Positions 37,751 to 52,400 of a stretch of DNA of 64,000 nt are shown piece by piece. The DNA comes from Basidiobolus meristosporus CBS 931.73 (Eukaryota; Fungi; Basidiobolomycota): the NCBI GenBank assembly GCA_002104905.1, contig MCFE01000171.1:62001-126000 (forward strand), in the 5' to 3' direction. The notes under the pieces are model-generated. The model had not been told where the DNA came from. It made no database searches and saw only the letters and a list, made by a program, of their open reading frames with translations. Position numbers and translations under genes: made by a program. Positions within the stretch are counted from its first letter, which is position 1. Every line of letters begins with the position of its first letter.

Positions 37751-40700
37751 GAACTAAGCAGTTACAACACATTGCACATCATGCAAGTGAAGACAATTGG
37801 AAGTGGTTAGTGCATATTATAGGTAATGATTGTAAGAGTCTTGGCCAAGCCAGCCAGCCTTGTCCTGTGCTGAGACTCTATTAGCAGCTTTGTAGAAAAT
37901 GTAATGCACCCTGGTATTGGGGAACTCCCTGGGGTATACAAAGGACTTGGGGATGAAGTTGAAATTTGCGATGCCAGTATATTTTCCCTGTTTTATGGAC
38001 CTTTACAACCCAAAGATTATGAATTATTGTAATGGCTCATATCCACCTCAGTAAGCAGCATCAAAAATCAAGGTGGTTATGGAATCACATTGTTTTGTTA
38101 ATCAATACATGGAGTAATCTGCCGAATTTATAGACACATTGACTACACCAGGAGGCGGTGGGAGTCTACAACTGTAAAAGGCTAGTTTATTTGTATTAGA
38201 ATTATTAATGGACTAGAGCTAGATCAACATCCGGATTGATTAATATACCTCCATGAATTAAAAACTCCTATTGGGCGATCAACTGGATCGCACTTGTCCG
38301 CCACAATTCTTGGAACACCATACCGGTACTCTACTTTCTACCACGGAAATATCAAAAACGTATCTTTCTTAACTTGTGATCGGTATTTGACGTTAACATG
38401 CTGTCACTTGCCGCAATTCCAAGAAATACGTAATAAAGCTACGATGATATCTTGAAATAGATTCGCACTTCTCGAAATCAGTTTCACAGTAAATTAATAC
38501 CAACCATACCTAATGCTTGCCGGATTTAAGGCTTGGTATTGAAAGTGGCATACCTCCTTGTATTTTGTTGTCACCTAGGACTTGCCATTTCCAACTTTAA
38601 TGATGGCAAGCGTCTCCATATCTACAGAACAATATTAGTGGCCATCTTACTTTAGATATTCTAGGGTAAATATCCTTTACATAGGAATAAGAAATACCGA
38701 AGTATAGTTTGGCGGTCAGAAAAAACTTGGGCCACACTACTCTACAATTGTACAAAAGGCATGCAGGAACATAATACCCAATCCTGCGCTTCCCTTATCG
38801 GCAGTAGAGCCTGGCTTGGCTTAGAGTATGTGAGTAAGAGAACGGGATTCAGAGATGGAAAGAAATCCGAATTCAAAGGTGCTAAAATGATACCAATACG
38901 ACCAAAATAACTCCATTTCATGCTACTCTAATTCCGGACTGACCAACTTGTTGGCAAACCAGGAGCACTTCACTAGGTGTACCAGGCTTGTTGGAATCGC
39001 TGGATTAGCACCTGGTTATTCTTATATCGTGCCTTTAAAAACTGCCGGCTTCAGGTAAAATATGCCATTATCAATATATGTATGTCGTGGAGACAACCAC
39101 GTTTCGGACATGGCCTTCCACAAATTATTTATGTAGCATTACCAAGTACAAAAAACGCCTCTGCTTAAGAAGCCAAGCGAGAACACACTCTTAACAATTT
39201 CAGAACACTTTCACGCCCCTACTCAATCGCCAGTAAACCAGCATTTATTGCATTACGTGCTTGAATAAACATTAGCCAATTTGTGCTGTGCAATATCTTT
39301 CTAAGCTTAGCCAGTCAAATACGTCGAATCAATTGCCTCTAGCCGGATGATTACAAAGCAGCAAAGAATACTAGCCAAGAATATGCGGATGTGGCCATCT
39401 GTTGCATCGATATGCGTTATAGAATCGCCAAGCAGAATGTCGTCTAGTAGTACAGGTGCTACCCAGCTGGATCCTCTCCTCATGTAGCAATGGGTGAAGA
39501 TCAGGATTCATCCTCCATGTGCCCCATGCCCGATGGGCAGTGTTCATATCGATGATGCCATCCATATGCAAGCACCTGGTTTGAAGCTTGAATGTCTGGT
39601 ATGTTGGTATGCTTGTAAAGCACCCAGCTGATTCTTCAGGAAATCCGACCGTGCTCCAGATTGAATGGTCGCAAAGCCCAGTGTGCTACTGTCTCTGGAT
39701 TCTGGCTGTCCCGTCTTGATTGCGAGTACTTTGCCAGTCAATGGTGTGCCCAGTCCAAACCTTGCACATAGCTATAGGCAGTACATCTCCTGTGTTGTAG
39801 GAACCAGTAACGGCCCAAGCAAAGTTTCGGCTAGGCCGGAGTGAGAGACACTCAGGCCACACTAATATACGTGGCCACCGGATTCAACACGAATTACAGC
39901 CAGCCTATGTGCTATTATATCCCATTTACGGTGTCCATCAGAGCACCATCCCGATGTCACAGGTGCTCCAAATTAGCTGTCCTGCACTCAAAACTAATCC
40001 AGACACGTGACAATGATTGCCGTGGCCCGACCACATTGGCTTGGCTCTTTGTCGCAGCACCAACCCCAAGAGTAATCCATCCCCTCACCACCTAGGGGCA
40101 CCAGGGTGGTCAGCAACGGCAATTGATACAGACTTTCTTATGGCTCAGGTTGGATATGTATGGTTCGTTCTATGTTGTCGAGGGTCTGAGGCTGGGTTGT
40201 CATGCAGGTTGATTGTAGTAGAGCTGTGCGTACTCGGACTCTACGTAGCCACCGGCTTCTGGACTAGGCTTGCACCATTCAACAAGTACGCATGCACAAA
40301 AAATCCGTTAGGAGTGACACATTGGCTTCAGCCATTCTTCTCAGGTCCTTTTGCACCCCCGTCGCAGCCGGTTTCATCCAATGTCACTCTCTGATCATCA
40401 CAAACATCGGTAAGTTTGTTCTAGATTTGGGCTGAGCATCGCCGATACCGCACATGGTGATCTTGGACTGCCTTTACTGGATACAGTCCCAATGTGAGGG
40501 CGTTGGCCAACTTGCTTCGGAATTATTCAGGAGACTCGGCTGTTTGATGGTGATTGACCATCCGTGAAGTAGTCGGGCTAGTCTTGGGGTCAGAGACATT
40601 AGTTATAATTAATGAGTGAAGGCTCGGAGCATCTCATTGACACGCCACTGTCCCCAGTTGGCAAATGGAGTGGGTGAGGTGGTCATTCATGGAAATGGTG

Positions 40701-41448
40701 CGTGCACTTGATGTGAGCCTCTGGTTATTGATGTAGCTTTATTTGGCTAGGCACCTGCTAAATCAATCATAGTACGGTCAACGGACATATTGCAGTGTCA
40801 TCCTTGTGCAGGGACCATGGTAATCCTCATCCGGACAAGAATCAGAGGTTCCATGGCGTTTGACTGGTTGGCGAGCACATGGTGGAGTATTCTGCTCTGA
40901 AACTCTGCCATTTACTGCTCCAAGCTGTCTCGGAAGGCCTGAGATCAGACCGCCTAGCTTCATCAGCAACCTTGGAGAGTTTGGATCGTGTCTCAAGCAA
41001 TGATGGGCAACTGAATGGGTTGAGAGCAAAGGGGCCTCCGAGGTGACTGATTGGCTGGACGGCTTATCTACATCAGGAATGGATCTTTGTTTGCATGATA
41101 CGCTATCAGGTTTCCAGCAAACAAACCGGATCGTGCATTTGGGGATCCATTATCGACTGTCAAGGAGGCCGGTCCCGATTGAAACCACAATCAAGACGAA
41201 AAAAGGGATATTGACCATAGGCACATCATGGATAGGTGATACTGGTGACACCCAAGTAGACGTTTTATTCTTTAGGGAGTGGACGGATGAATACAGATGG
41301 TTCGAGCACGATTTATAAGCATGTCATCGCTATCGGTGCCGTCATTCATCACACATTTACTAGCAACTCTGCGATCATTTGGGTCCCGAGAGTCTACCTT
41401 CCTCTGGCATTCTCTCTACACCACCAACAAAGCCTATCGACCCCACAC

Positions 41449-42135
41449 ATGGATATTCTGGATTTGATCAACCCTGTACAAGCAGCGGAGGAGCGGGTGT
41501 ACTCGTGCCCCTGGGTTGGCTGCAAGAAGGCCTTCAAGAGAAGGGCGGATCTGCTAAGACATCACAGAATTCACACAAACGAGAGGTAATGCCGTCAAGC
41601 AGGGCAGTTCCGTTTCCAGCAGCTGATCCTGAGCTTTCTTCGTTTTGCAGGCCGTTCGTTTGTACCGAGTCTGGTTGCGGTCAAAGTTTTATACAGGTAG
41701 GTGAGCTATAGGCCTGCATCAATCCATTGTACAACGACTGAGCTACCTTGCCATCAGAAATCCTCGCTGACCATCCACATGCGCACCCATTCTGGCGAGC
41801 GACCATTCCACTGCTCATGGGAGTGCTGTTCAAAATCGTTTAGTGACAGCAGCTCGCTCAGCCGTCATCGGCGAATCCATACAGGAGACCGTCCATACCA
41901 GTGCCACTACTCTAGCTGCAGTAAGAGGTAATGTCTTTTTGGGAAGATCTAATCAATGTTCTGCATCTAATTCAAATCCGGTTGCGTATACAGTTTCCGC
42001 AAGAAATCCACCCTCTTGAAGCACTTCAGCATGGCCCACAAATCGGATGAGCCCGCTCTTGATAAATGTAACTCTTCCAGTGTGTTGAACTCAACAGGCT
42101 ATCGCTTCGCCCCATTTTGCCGCACTTTCTGCTGA
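41449..42135 (+). CDS. Four-finger C2H2 zinc-finger transcription factor
   Basis: Spliced fingers [55 protein letters not shown] with TNERP/SGERP/TGDRP linkers. Three GT-AG introns restore the frame; stop at 42135. Confidence 0.88.
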
Positions 42136-42238
42136 ATGCCGACGATTTGCTGAACCTTGTAGTATATATCCAATTGTTACTTGGATCTCAAATAATTTTA
42201 TCATGGTACATATTTCAATGTATTAAGCATTTGCCAAG

Positions 42239-42587
42239 TGTTGTTAAAATTTGGTATTCCACCTAAATATTCAACTAGCTTAGTCACTTAGATCATTACC
42301 TACAAATCTCAGAAAATACTGTTCAAATTCCTTGCTGGGACTTACTTTGAATATTTTCACTAAAACATTGGGTACTCAGAACATGAAAATTCTCAGATTT
42401 GTACAAATTGCCCCAAAGCCTGCACACATATTCTTGGGACCTTCCTTAACTTAGTCTACATGTTTGTTATGGCAAGACCATGTAAAAGTATAAATACTAC
42501 TTTTACATTCAATAAATCATTGATTAAACACCACATAATCCACTTGTTCTCCCAATCATTTCCAATATCTCCATGGCTCTTACAAAA
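42239..42587 (+). mobile_element. copia family A LTR (isolated, followed by a short gag-like fragment)
   Basis: 349-bp match to the LTR at 30907-31255. The next bases resemble gag CAAGACCCTACAAAGACAACAGCAACC. Confidence 0.85.
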
Positions 42588-43185
42588 TAAAAAAGGCACT
42601 CAAGACCCTTTAAAGACAACAGCAACCTTTCTTGAAGCTACTGTAGAATGAATGGATGCATATTGAACCTGTACTTCCTATGGGTGATTAGAAACAGAAA
42701 ATGACTGAATACTGAAATGTGGTACAATCTAGATGCAGTTGTTTGCAGTCTCTGTTCTTCCTCTTGCAGTTCACTTTCTAATTCCTCAAGGTACTCAGTT
42801 ACCTACTATCTGATACTTTAGAACTGTTGCCTTGATGAGTCCTATGTATAGTGCTCTTGGAAGCAACTTGGTCTGCATATACATAGCATAATATGTTAGT
42901 CATTTCAGGCAAAAACTCATTCAAAATCTCTTTTGTTCCCAAAGATGAGGCACAATTAGATCTGTCCAGCCCATACTATGCATATTGCATGCAGAAATGG
43001 TCTTGTATGGCTTCTTCATCAAATCCCCTCACTCTCAGCTCATTGTTAATTTCTATACTTATCCTGTTGTATATCTTCTTACCTACATCTGCTGGCATCT
43101 TGATGTGGAACTCATACCACAGCTTTTTACTCAAATTCTTCTATCTCTGTCAGCTCTCTGAGATATCCAGTTCTGCTAGATTAAT

Positions 43186-43861
43186 CCCTAAGAAAAAAAA
43201 CTGAAAAAAGGCCAGCAAAATACCATCATAGTATAGGCTGATTTCCAGGTTTCTCAAAATTGACAACTCTCAATACCTCTGTTCTGTTGTAATTATTGAA
43301 TTGTCACCTAAATATTCATGCTAACTTAGTCACATAGATCTTATTCTGTGATTAGCATTCTGTCCTGACTAGATTTCTTGTCGGGATTTACTTAGAATAT
43401 TTTCACCAAATTGTCAGGTACCCAGATTATTATTTTTCTCAAAGTCGTCCAAAAGACCCCAAACTTTGCACACATATTCTTGGGACCTTCCTTAACAAAC
43501 TCTACACGTTTGTTTTCCTCTACTTTATCAAAAGTATAAATACCATACTTTTGATCAATAAATCTACAAGTGAATAACATGTAAATCTTCTAGTTCTCCA
43601 CATCACTTCCAATACTCCTCAGAATATTGCAACATGTTCTAGGCTGATGTGCAGGCAAGCAAACAAGTTCTCCAGGAGGAGACTAGGCCCACTGGCATCC
43701 ATCCCAAATTTGGTAATTAGCTGCCCATTACTTCCATCAAAAAATGCATTTGAAATTTTGAATCCAAAACACCAGCTGAATACCAGCAAAATACCATTAT
43801 AATACCAGCAGAATATTAGCTAAAAATCAGATGAATCTCAAGTTTGTGATTTTTCATAGGG
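43186..43861. mobile_element. CCCTA-ended MITE (CACTA-like), containing a solo LTR
   Basis: Ends CCCTAAGAAAAA and TTTTTCATAGGG; 3-bp TSD AAT. About 321 bp once the nested LTR is removed. Inverted sister copy at 56452-56769. Confidence 0.8.
43285..43634 (+). mobile_element. Solo LTR, family B
   Basis: 350 bp TGTTG..CAACA, matches the LTRs at 49412 and 53049; TSD TGTTC on both sides. Confidence 0.93.
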
Positions 43862-44700
43862 AATGAATAGTGCCTAAATATCTCTATGAAGGCTCATCAT
43901 AGATGCCTGGGCCATACTGAAATCATTTGGCAAGAACTTGAATGGATCCAACATCAAATTTTCTGGTCAAGACCATGCTTGTAAGCTGGGGGATGGGCTT
44001 ATCTGGATTGTATTAAAGATGAGTTACAAATTGGTACAGGGACCATAGTGATGGATTTGGGATACTTATACACTAGTATATTGGCATCTACCTGGTCTTA
44101 TATGAGATATAGATGAAAACATATGTGATTATGGAGTTTTCCATATATTATGCATGATTCATCTTGGACTGCTTTGACACAGATCATGTTGCATCAGTTG
44201 CAGATTTCCCATTTGCTTATATGCTTGTGAATAAATCATCAGTAAAAGCACCAAGGCATTGCTTGAGGATGATTCTTGTAACATAATGATGGTGTACATT
44301 GCAATTGATAGAGATTTAATCACAATGCATGGAAGAGCAGATAAATTAAGCTGATTGTGCCAGACCAATATATATCATATGCCAACAACCACCTACCAGT
44401 CTTGAAATGCCTACTCATCAGAATGGTCTTTTCTTATCAATCCCATCACTACCACAGAAGTCCCTTTTGATGTGTTAGAGTAGATATATACTAAGTACTG
44501 TGGATCATCTACATCAATCTACTCAAGGGGATCCCTTGTTAAGCTTTTTGGCTATTGCTAGAACTATTGCCCTACAAGGTTTCATCCCACCATATCAAGG
44601 TGTTGTTCCACCATCCATGGCAACAAAGGTCCTATAAGCTTTCATTCCCAGCAGACAGCAATGGAGAACCACCTTGCAGCAGATATGAATGACTTAGTAC

Positions 44701-47700
44701 TGTTGTAAGAGTCTTGGAGATATTGGAAGTGATTTGGAGAACAAGTAGATTATGTGGTTTTCACTTAATGATTTATTGAATGTAAAAGTGGTATTTATAC
44801 TTTTACCTGGTCTTGGCATTACAAACACATAGAAGAGGTTAAGGAAGGTCCCAAGAACATGTGTGCAAAGTTTGGGGCTGTTTGGACAACTTTGAGAATT
44901 TTCATGTTCTGGGTACCTGGTATTTTGGTGAAAATATTCTAAGTAAATCCTGACAAGGAATTTGGTCAGTATTTTCTAGGATTTGAAGGTAATGATATAA
45001 GTGACTAAGTTAGGTGAATATTTAGGTGGAAATACAAATTTTTACAACACTCCCACTCAGCTAAATGTTCATACTGACTAGTCCTAATTTTGACCTAAGA
45101 TATTCAAACTTGTCTCTAGCTAATGGTTTGGTAAATATGTCTGCAATCATTTCATCTGTAGGACAGTAAACTAAGCTAACTAAGTTATTCTCTATAGCTT
45201 CACGTATGAAATGATGTCTAATATCTATGTGCTTGGTTCTAGCATGAAAAGTTGGATTTCTACCTAATTGTATACATCCTTGATTATCTTGAAATAAAGT
45301 AATAGGCGTTTTTTGACATAGGCCTAAATCTGTAAAGAGCTTTCTTAGCCACATTGCTTCTTTTGTAGCTTCACAGGCTGCCATATACTCTGCCTCTGTA
45401 GTAGAAAGTGCTATGGTTGGTTGCTTTCTTGAATTCCATGAAATTGCTCCTTTACAGTAAAGAAAGGTGTATCCTGTGGTGGATCTTCTGTCTTCTAAAT
45501 TTTGTCCCCAATCAGCATCAGAGTATCCCACAAGATCCTGTTCTGAATCCTTATAAGTGTATCTTAAGCAGATATCAGCAGTTCCTTTTAGGTATCTAAA
45601 AATCCGCTTAACTGCTACAATATGATCAGATCCATAATTCTGATTATGTTGGCTGACAACTCCCACTGAATATGAGATATCTGGACGTGTTCCAAGCATG
45701 ATATACATCAGACTGCCGACCATAGATTGATAAGGAAAGTCAGGGCTTTCAGATGGCACCAAGCTCTCTTGATTTGGTTGAGTTTTGACCAAGTTAAGGT
45801 TTGTCTCCATTGGGGTAGCTGCCGGTTTACAGTCTTCCATTTTGTACTTCTTTAGTATATCTTGAATATACTTGGATTGGCTTAGGGTAATAGTCTGGGT
45901 ACTTCTGTCTATGGAGAACTTAATCCCTAAGTAGTAACTAAGTTCTCCTAGATCGGACATCTTGAACTCCTTAGATAGGCTGGATTTAGTCTCTTCCAAT
46001 GTTTCTAGGTTATTGGCGGCTATAATAAGATCATCCACATATAGAGCTAATAGAACTGGACTTGCTCTATCTGGCTTATAGTATATACTATAGTCAGCAT
46101 TACTCCTTTTGAAACTCATAGATTCCAAATAAGAATCTATCTTGCAATTGCAGGCTCTTGGTGATTGTTTGAGACCATATAGTGACTTTTTAAGCTTGCA
46201 GACCAAATGGGGGTTATTTTGGTCAACAAACCCATCAGGCTGGTCCATATACACGTCCTCATCAAGTTCTCCATTCAAAAATGCAGTTTTTACATCCATT
46301 TGATGAATAAAAAACTTATATTTGGCTGCAATAGCCAATATTAATCTGATGGAATTAAACTTGGCTACCGGTGCAAAGGTCTCAGTATAGTCAAGTCCTT
46401 TTGTTTGAGAGTATCCTTTGGCTACAAGTCTTGCTTTGTATCTTTCAATTGTGCCATCAGCCTTGTATTTTGTCTTGAAGACCCATCAGCATCCAATTGA
46501 TTTTTGGTTGATTGGTAATTTGACTAAGTCCCAAGTTTGATTTTCCATCAGGGCCTGATATTCCTCAGTCATTGCAGATCTCCAAAACTTCGTCTGAGGG
46601 CTATTTAGGGCCTCTTTTACAGTCTGGGGTTCATCAATATGGACTGAATAGGCATAGGCTAAGTTTGTACCCTCATTGATATAGTAATTTGGGCTATTTC
46701 TTGTCCGATTTGATCTCCGGGCATTTGATACTGGAATGATCACTTCTGGGATATTCCTGGGCACTGATTCTGGCTGAACCATGGTTGTAGAGTCCTCTGG
46801 AGTGAAAAAATTCTCATTGTTTTGCTCTGATTCAATCCTGACAATTGGTGGACTTGAGATCAAATTTTTGTCATCATCTGATGTCATTTTTTGTGAAAAT
46901 TTTGAATTTTCATCAAACAACACATCCCTGGACTTGATCAGCTTTTTTGCTTTGGTATTGTAGAGTCTGTATGCCTTACTCTCATTGCAGTAGCCCAAAA
47001 ATATGCATTTTACACTTTTTGGCTCAAATTTTGACTGATTTCCGGCCAGTTTTTTGGCATATGCTGTACACCCAAATATTCTTAGATGTTCTGCACTTGG
47101 TCTGTATCCATACCATGCTTCAAATGGAGTAGAAACACGAAGTATTCTGTTATAACTCCTATTTTTAAGATATACAGCAGTGGCAACTGATTCCGCCCAA
47201 AAATCATAGGATAATTTTTGATCATGGATTATAGATCTTGCCATATCAATTATTGATCTGTTAGCTCGTTCTGGTACTCCATTTTGCTGTGGGGAGTATG
47301 GTACAGTAGTCTCTTGCTTTATCCCATGAATTTTGCAGAAGTGGATGAAGAGTTTTGAGGTATATTCTCCACCATTGTCAGAGCGTATTTTCTTGATTTT
47401 TTCACCAGTTTCTCTCTCCACCATGGCTTTAAACTCCCTGAACTTAGACAGAGCTTCTTCCTTTCTCTCCGTGAAGTAGACCCATGTGTATCTTGTATGA
47501 TCATCAATAAAAGTGATTAAATACTTCATCCCACCTAAGGATAAATTTTGCATAGGTCCACACAGATCTGAGTGAATTAGATCTAATTTTTTCTTAGTTT
47601 TGATTAACCCAGAGCTCTTGAACGGTTGTCTAGCTTGTTTCCCATATATGCAGGCTTCACAGTGCTCCAAAATAGCTGGTGGATCAATTTTCACTCCAGA

Positions 47701-49384
47701 AATTAGCTGATCTTTGATCATTTTACGCAAATAATCAAAATTGATGTGTCCAAATCTCCTGTGCCAAAGCATTGGTGTTTCTTCATTTAAGTTACTTATA
47801 TTGGCTTCCAAATATGATGGAATATAAGTCAACTTGTATAGGTTCTGATCTCTGATGCCCGAAGCAATATGGGCACCATTTTGATCACTGATCCTGCATC
47901 CAGAATTGTCAAAACTGAAACTGAGTCCTTCTGCTGTGGCCTTGCTTACAGAGAGTAGGTTCTTGGCTATTTCTGGTACATAGAGTACTTCTTTAAAGGT
48001 CAGTGTATGGCTTCCTTCACTGCTTCTTAGGTTTACTTGGATAGTTCCTTCTCCCACTGCATCAAGTGTTCTATTGTCACCCATGAAAACCTTCTTAATT
48101 GGAATTTCTTGATATTGGGTAAAAAGTTCTTTTTGGTGTGTAAAGTGTTGAGAAGCTCCAGAGTCAATATACCACGTCTGAGAATCCTTGTTTGTGGTCA
48201 TATTTAGTGCAGATATGAATAGTCTATCTTCAGTTGTTGCAGCATTTCCATATTCAGGCTTCTTTTTCTGATAATCTCTCTTTTTGAAACACCGGTCTGA
48301 TGTGTGTCCTTTCCTTTTGCAGTAGTTGCAAAATAGGTTGCTGTTGCCTTTGTAGGGTCTTGGGTACCTCCTTTGTTGGTTATCATTGCTTATTAAAGCA
48401 TTTTCTTCTTCCTTCTTATTGGTGCTTGATTTTCTTAATTCTTCATCCAGGAGCCTTCCATATACGTAATTTAAGGTCAAATCTTCAGTTCTGGACTCTA
48501 GGGCTGATACAAGGCCCTGAAACTCGTCTGTCAGGCTATTCAGGATGGTAACTATCACATCCTCATCAGTAGTTGGTACGCCCACAGATTCCATCTCATC
48601 TACCAGCAGGGTAATTCTGTTAATTAGATTTTTCATTTCTTCTCCTGGCAGCATCTTTGTAGTAAAGAATTTTCTTCTCAGATACATTTTCTTGGCAGCT
48701 GAACATGACTGGTAGGTGTCTTCTAATGCCTTCCAGGCATTCTTTGCCGTTTTTGCTCTTGAGCATTGAATTAGCAATTTGTCCTTGACATTAAGGCAAA
48801 TGCAGTTAAAGGCACTTTGTTCTTTCTTCTGGTACTTTAAGGCTTCCTCTCCCACGTTTTTAGGAGGGCATTCTTCTCCCATGACAATATCCCAAAGGCC
48901 TCTTTCTTGTAGCAGCATCTTCATCTTCACCTTCCACACTTGGTAGTTAGAGCCATCCAACTTTTCAGCAGAGGGAAAAATTCCAGTAATAGCAGTAGTA
49001 GACATTGCAGAGAGTGGCAGCTTGGGGCTCATAATCTGTTGTAAGAGTCTTGGAGATATTGGAAGTGATTTGGAGAACAAGTAGATTATGTGGTTTTCAC
49101 TTAATGATTTATTGAATGTAAAAGTGGTATTTATACTTTTACCTGGTCTTAGCATTACAAACACGTAGAATAGATTAAGGAAGGTCCCAAGAACATGTGT
49201 GCAAAGTTTGGGGCTGTTTGGACAACTTTGAGAATATTCATGTTCTGGGTACCTGGTATTTTGGTGAAAATATTCTAAGTAAATCCTGACAAGGAATTTG
49301 GTCAGTATTCTCTAGGTTTGAAGGTGATGATCTAAGTGACTAAGTTAGGTGAATATTTAGGTGGAAATACGAATTTTCACAACA
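44701..49384 (-). mobile_element. Full-length Ty1/copia retrotransposon, copy A2
   Basis: LTRs 44701-45049 and 49037-49384; TSD AGTAC. PBS GATTATGAGCCC (one mismatch). gag-pol broken by a single TGA at 46486-46488; integrase RSDNGGEY..ERANR intact. Confidence 0.97.
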
Positions 49385-49411
49385 AGTACAAGATTCAAGT
49401 AGAGCATTTTG

Positions 49412-52400
49412 TGTTGTAATTATTGAGTTGTCACCTAAATATTCATGCTAACTTAGTCACATAGATCTTATACTGTGATTAGCATTCTGTCCTGACCAGA
49501 TTTCTTGTCAGGATTTACTTAAAATATTTTCACCAAATTGTCAGGTACCCAGATTATTATTTTTCTCAAAGTTGTCCAAAAGACCCCAAACTTTGCACAT
49601 ATATTCTTGGGACCTTCCTTAACAAACTCTACATGCTTGCTTTCTCTACTCTATCAAAAGTATATATACTATACTTTTGATCAATAAATCTACAAGTGAA
49701 CAACATGTAAATCCTTGTGTTCTCCACATCACTTCCAATACTCCTCAGAATATTTCAACAGGTTATGAGCCCCAAGCTTGCTGTCCTCTTGGTGTCTACT
49801 TTGCCTTGGATCCTTTTCTGCTAGTCAGGAGAAAGACTTTCTGCACTATTGTCCTGCCAAAGTTAAAGATGACTACTGCTGCTATAAGGACTATGTTCAT
49901 GAGGATATTGCTGTAGAGAAGAAGGCCATGACTTCAAAAGGCTCATTTGGTAACTACTCAAGCTGGTTATGAAGGAAAGTCTATCAAGTTGACATGTTAA
50001 CATGTCAAGAAATATAGTATATTGGTGCTCTACCAATACTGAAGAAAATTGCATAATTCCAGCAATTGAGGGTCCAGATCTACAATGAAATATATTGCTA
50101 TATGTATTCATAAGACCTCAATTGACTGCTAGAAAAGCTTTTGGATAGGATATTATCCTGAATTGCAAAAAAAAATAGATCATCATTGAATGATTGCTGG
50201 AGGAGGATTTTACCAAATCTGTTGCTGCTCAAGACAAGGCTGAGAGTGCAAATACTGGAGCTGTTAACTGCCATTTTGGACTACCTATTAGTGGGAAAAG
50301 ATCTCAGAAACAAGCCCCTCAGTTGTAAGGATCTTGATGATATACAATACATATATATCTACCTGGAGTACCAATATGTACTACACAATCCAATGGAAGA
50401 ATGCTATATTTGTATCAAGCGTTTTGATACTGAAACTAATGTACAAGGAGCCAAATATGGAGCTGTTAGATGTGCTATCCCTCAGTTTAAGTCTCAAAAC
50501 AGTGGGAGAAAGTTTTATACAAATCTAGCAAAATCAACTCAAGAAGATTCTACCGCCAGCTAAAGGAGTGAAGCATATAATTGAAAGTCTGATTGGAGTA
50601 TACAACTAAGCAACAGTTGGTAAGTACACAGCTAAGAGCCACTTAGAAGATAACATAGTATTTTATACTTGTTACATATATATATTTTATTACAGTGAGA
50701 GAAAACACTTGGTGATATTCAACTTCTCTGAATCAGATCAGAAAAATTTTGATTAATCAAATCACTGCCAAGCTCCACAACTCAAGATGCTAATATATTA
50801 CAGTCTGATACCAAAGTAATGATGAAGCTAACTATTAAATGCAGTTAATTTGATCAAATCTGGTCAACTCTATCAAAAGTTATGACTGTTCTAAGTGGAT
50901 GCTGATTTTGATTATTTCACTCTCAAAAAGTCAGATATTATGGAACAATGCTGTCATGGAGACTCTTGTGCTCAAAAACACCATGGTCCTACCTGCAAGG
51001 AAGTCCAGAACCACCCCACAAAAGGAATTATCCCTGGGCCATCTGCTGAAAAAGAAAAGAAGAAAAAATAGAAAATTTTACTACTGCAAACTATGGTACA
51101 TCCCAAATGGAGCCAAAACATATGTAGGACATATTTGGACTATCTGGCAATGCAAATATGCTCTATGGAGCCTCTTGTAAAAAGTTCTCAAGCCACAAAT
51201 CCCAGAAGAGCCTTGAAACCTCAACAGGATCTGTCAGATTTTGTAGTATATATTGGAACAGATTATTTAATGCAGCAGTCTTGATGTCTGCTGTCTATGG
51301 AGCTGAAAGAAAAAGGTGTAAGGATCAACCAAGATGGTCTTTATGGATTCTGCAGACACTGAGAAGATAAGTTAGCCTTTCAAACCAACCTCAAGGCTGA
51401 AAATAACCATCAGGAGAAAAAGGATAATCAAAGCCCTTGCTAAGCAGAATCTCACTTCTGATAAAACGCCAATCTCTATTCTACAAGCATATTCTGCTAA
51501 GACAAAAGCAGCTGTATCAGTCCAAATAAGTAGAAGCACTCTAAGAATAGCTACCAAACAACCTATGGTGTTGTCCAATACCAAACTGGGTAAATCAAGA
51601 AGCAAATGGACTTTGAATCTACCACAAATGAAGTAATCAGTCCTAAGAAAGTTATTGCTACTTAAAGAAGACAAAGATGACCATTCTAGATCATTTTTGT
51701 GGATCTGAATCACTAAACAGATGTGATTCAAGTGGGAGCAGGCCATCCCAGCTTAGAGTGGAGCAAAAACCTTGTTTTTTTGGCCATGTTGGCATGTGCT
51801 GCTGTGCCAGGAAATGAGGATAATCCAGTTCAGGTGTAAATGACAAAACCTTAACTTGGCCCAATATAGGTCATTTCTTTTACCTCATACAGAGTCTATG
51901 TGTTGGAAGCAACTGTCCCTGAGCCAAATATGGACATACAGTGAAGTTGTGCAATTGAGTTAGACTTTTGCATGGTGTTGTGCCTCAACATTTAAAATTT
52001 GGCCAATTTCACTCCATTAGAAAATTTAGCACCCTAACTGATTTTCCCTAACCCAAACATAACTGATCCCTGTTATGATTTATTTTATCACTTCTCAGAA
52101 TCTATTTTTAGCTGTCACACCTGATTGATTTTCATGTGGTCATTACGTACTCAAATGATCTGCTAAGCCTTTCCAAGTGATTAGTCATCTGAGATTTATC
52201 CAACCACTTAGCATTTGCCAAGACATCAGCTGATTAATGATGCAATTTTTCATTTATCTTATGCACCTATCAACACCCCAACAGATTTCAATTAGTCCAG
52301 TCTCTTGGTGCTTACTAATGCAACTCAATCAGAAAAGTATAAATAAAGTTTACTGAACCTTTTGGTTTAGTGTGTGTCTCAACACAATTAAGAATTCAAC

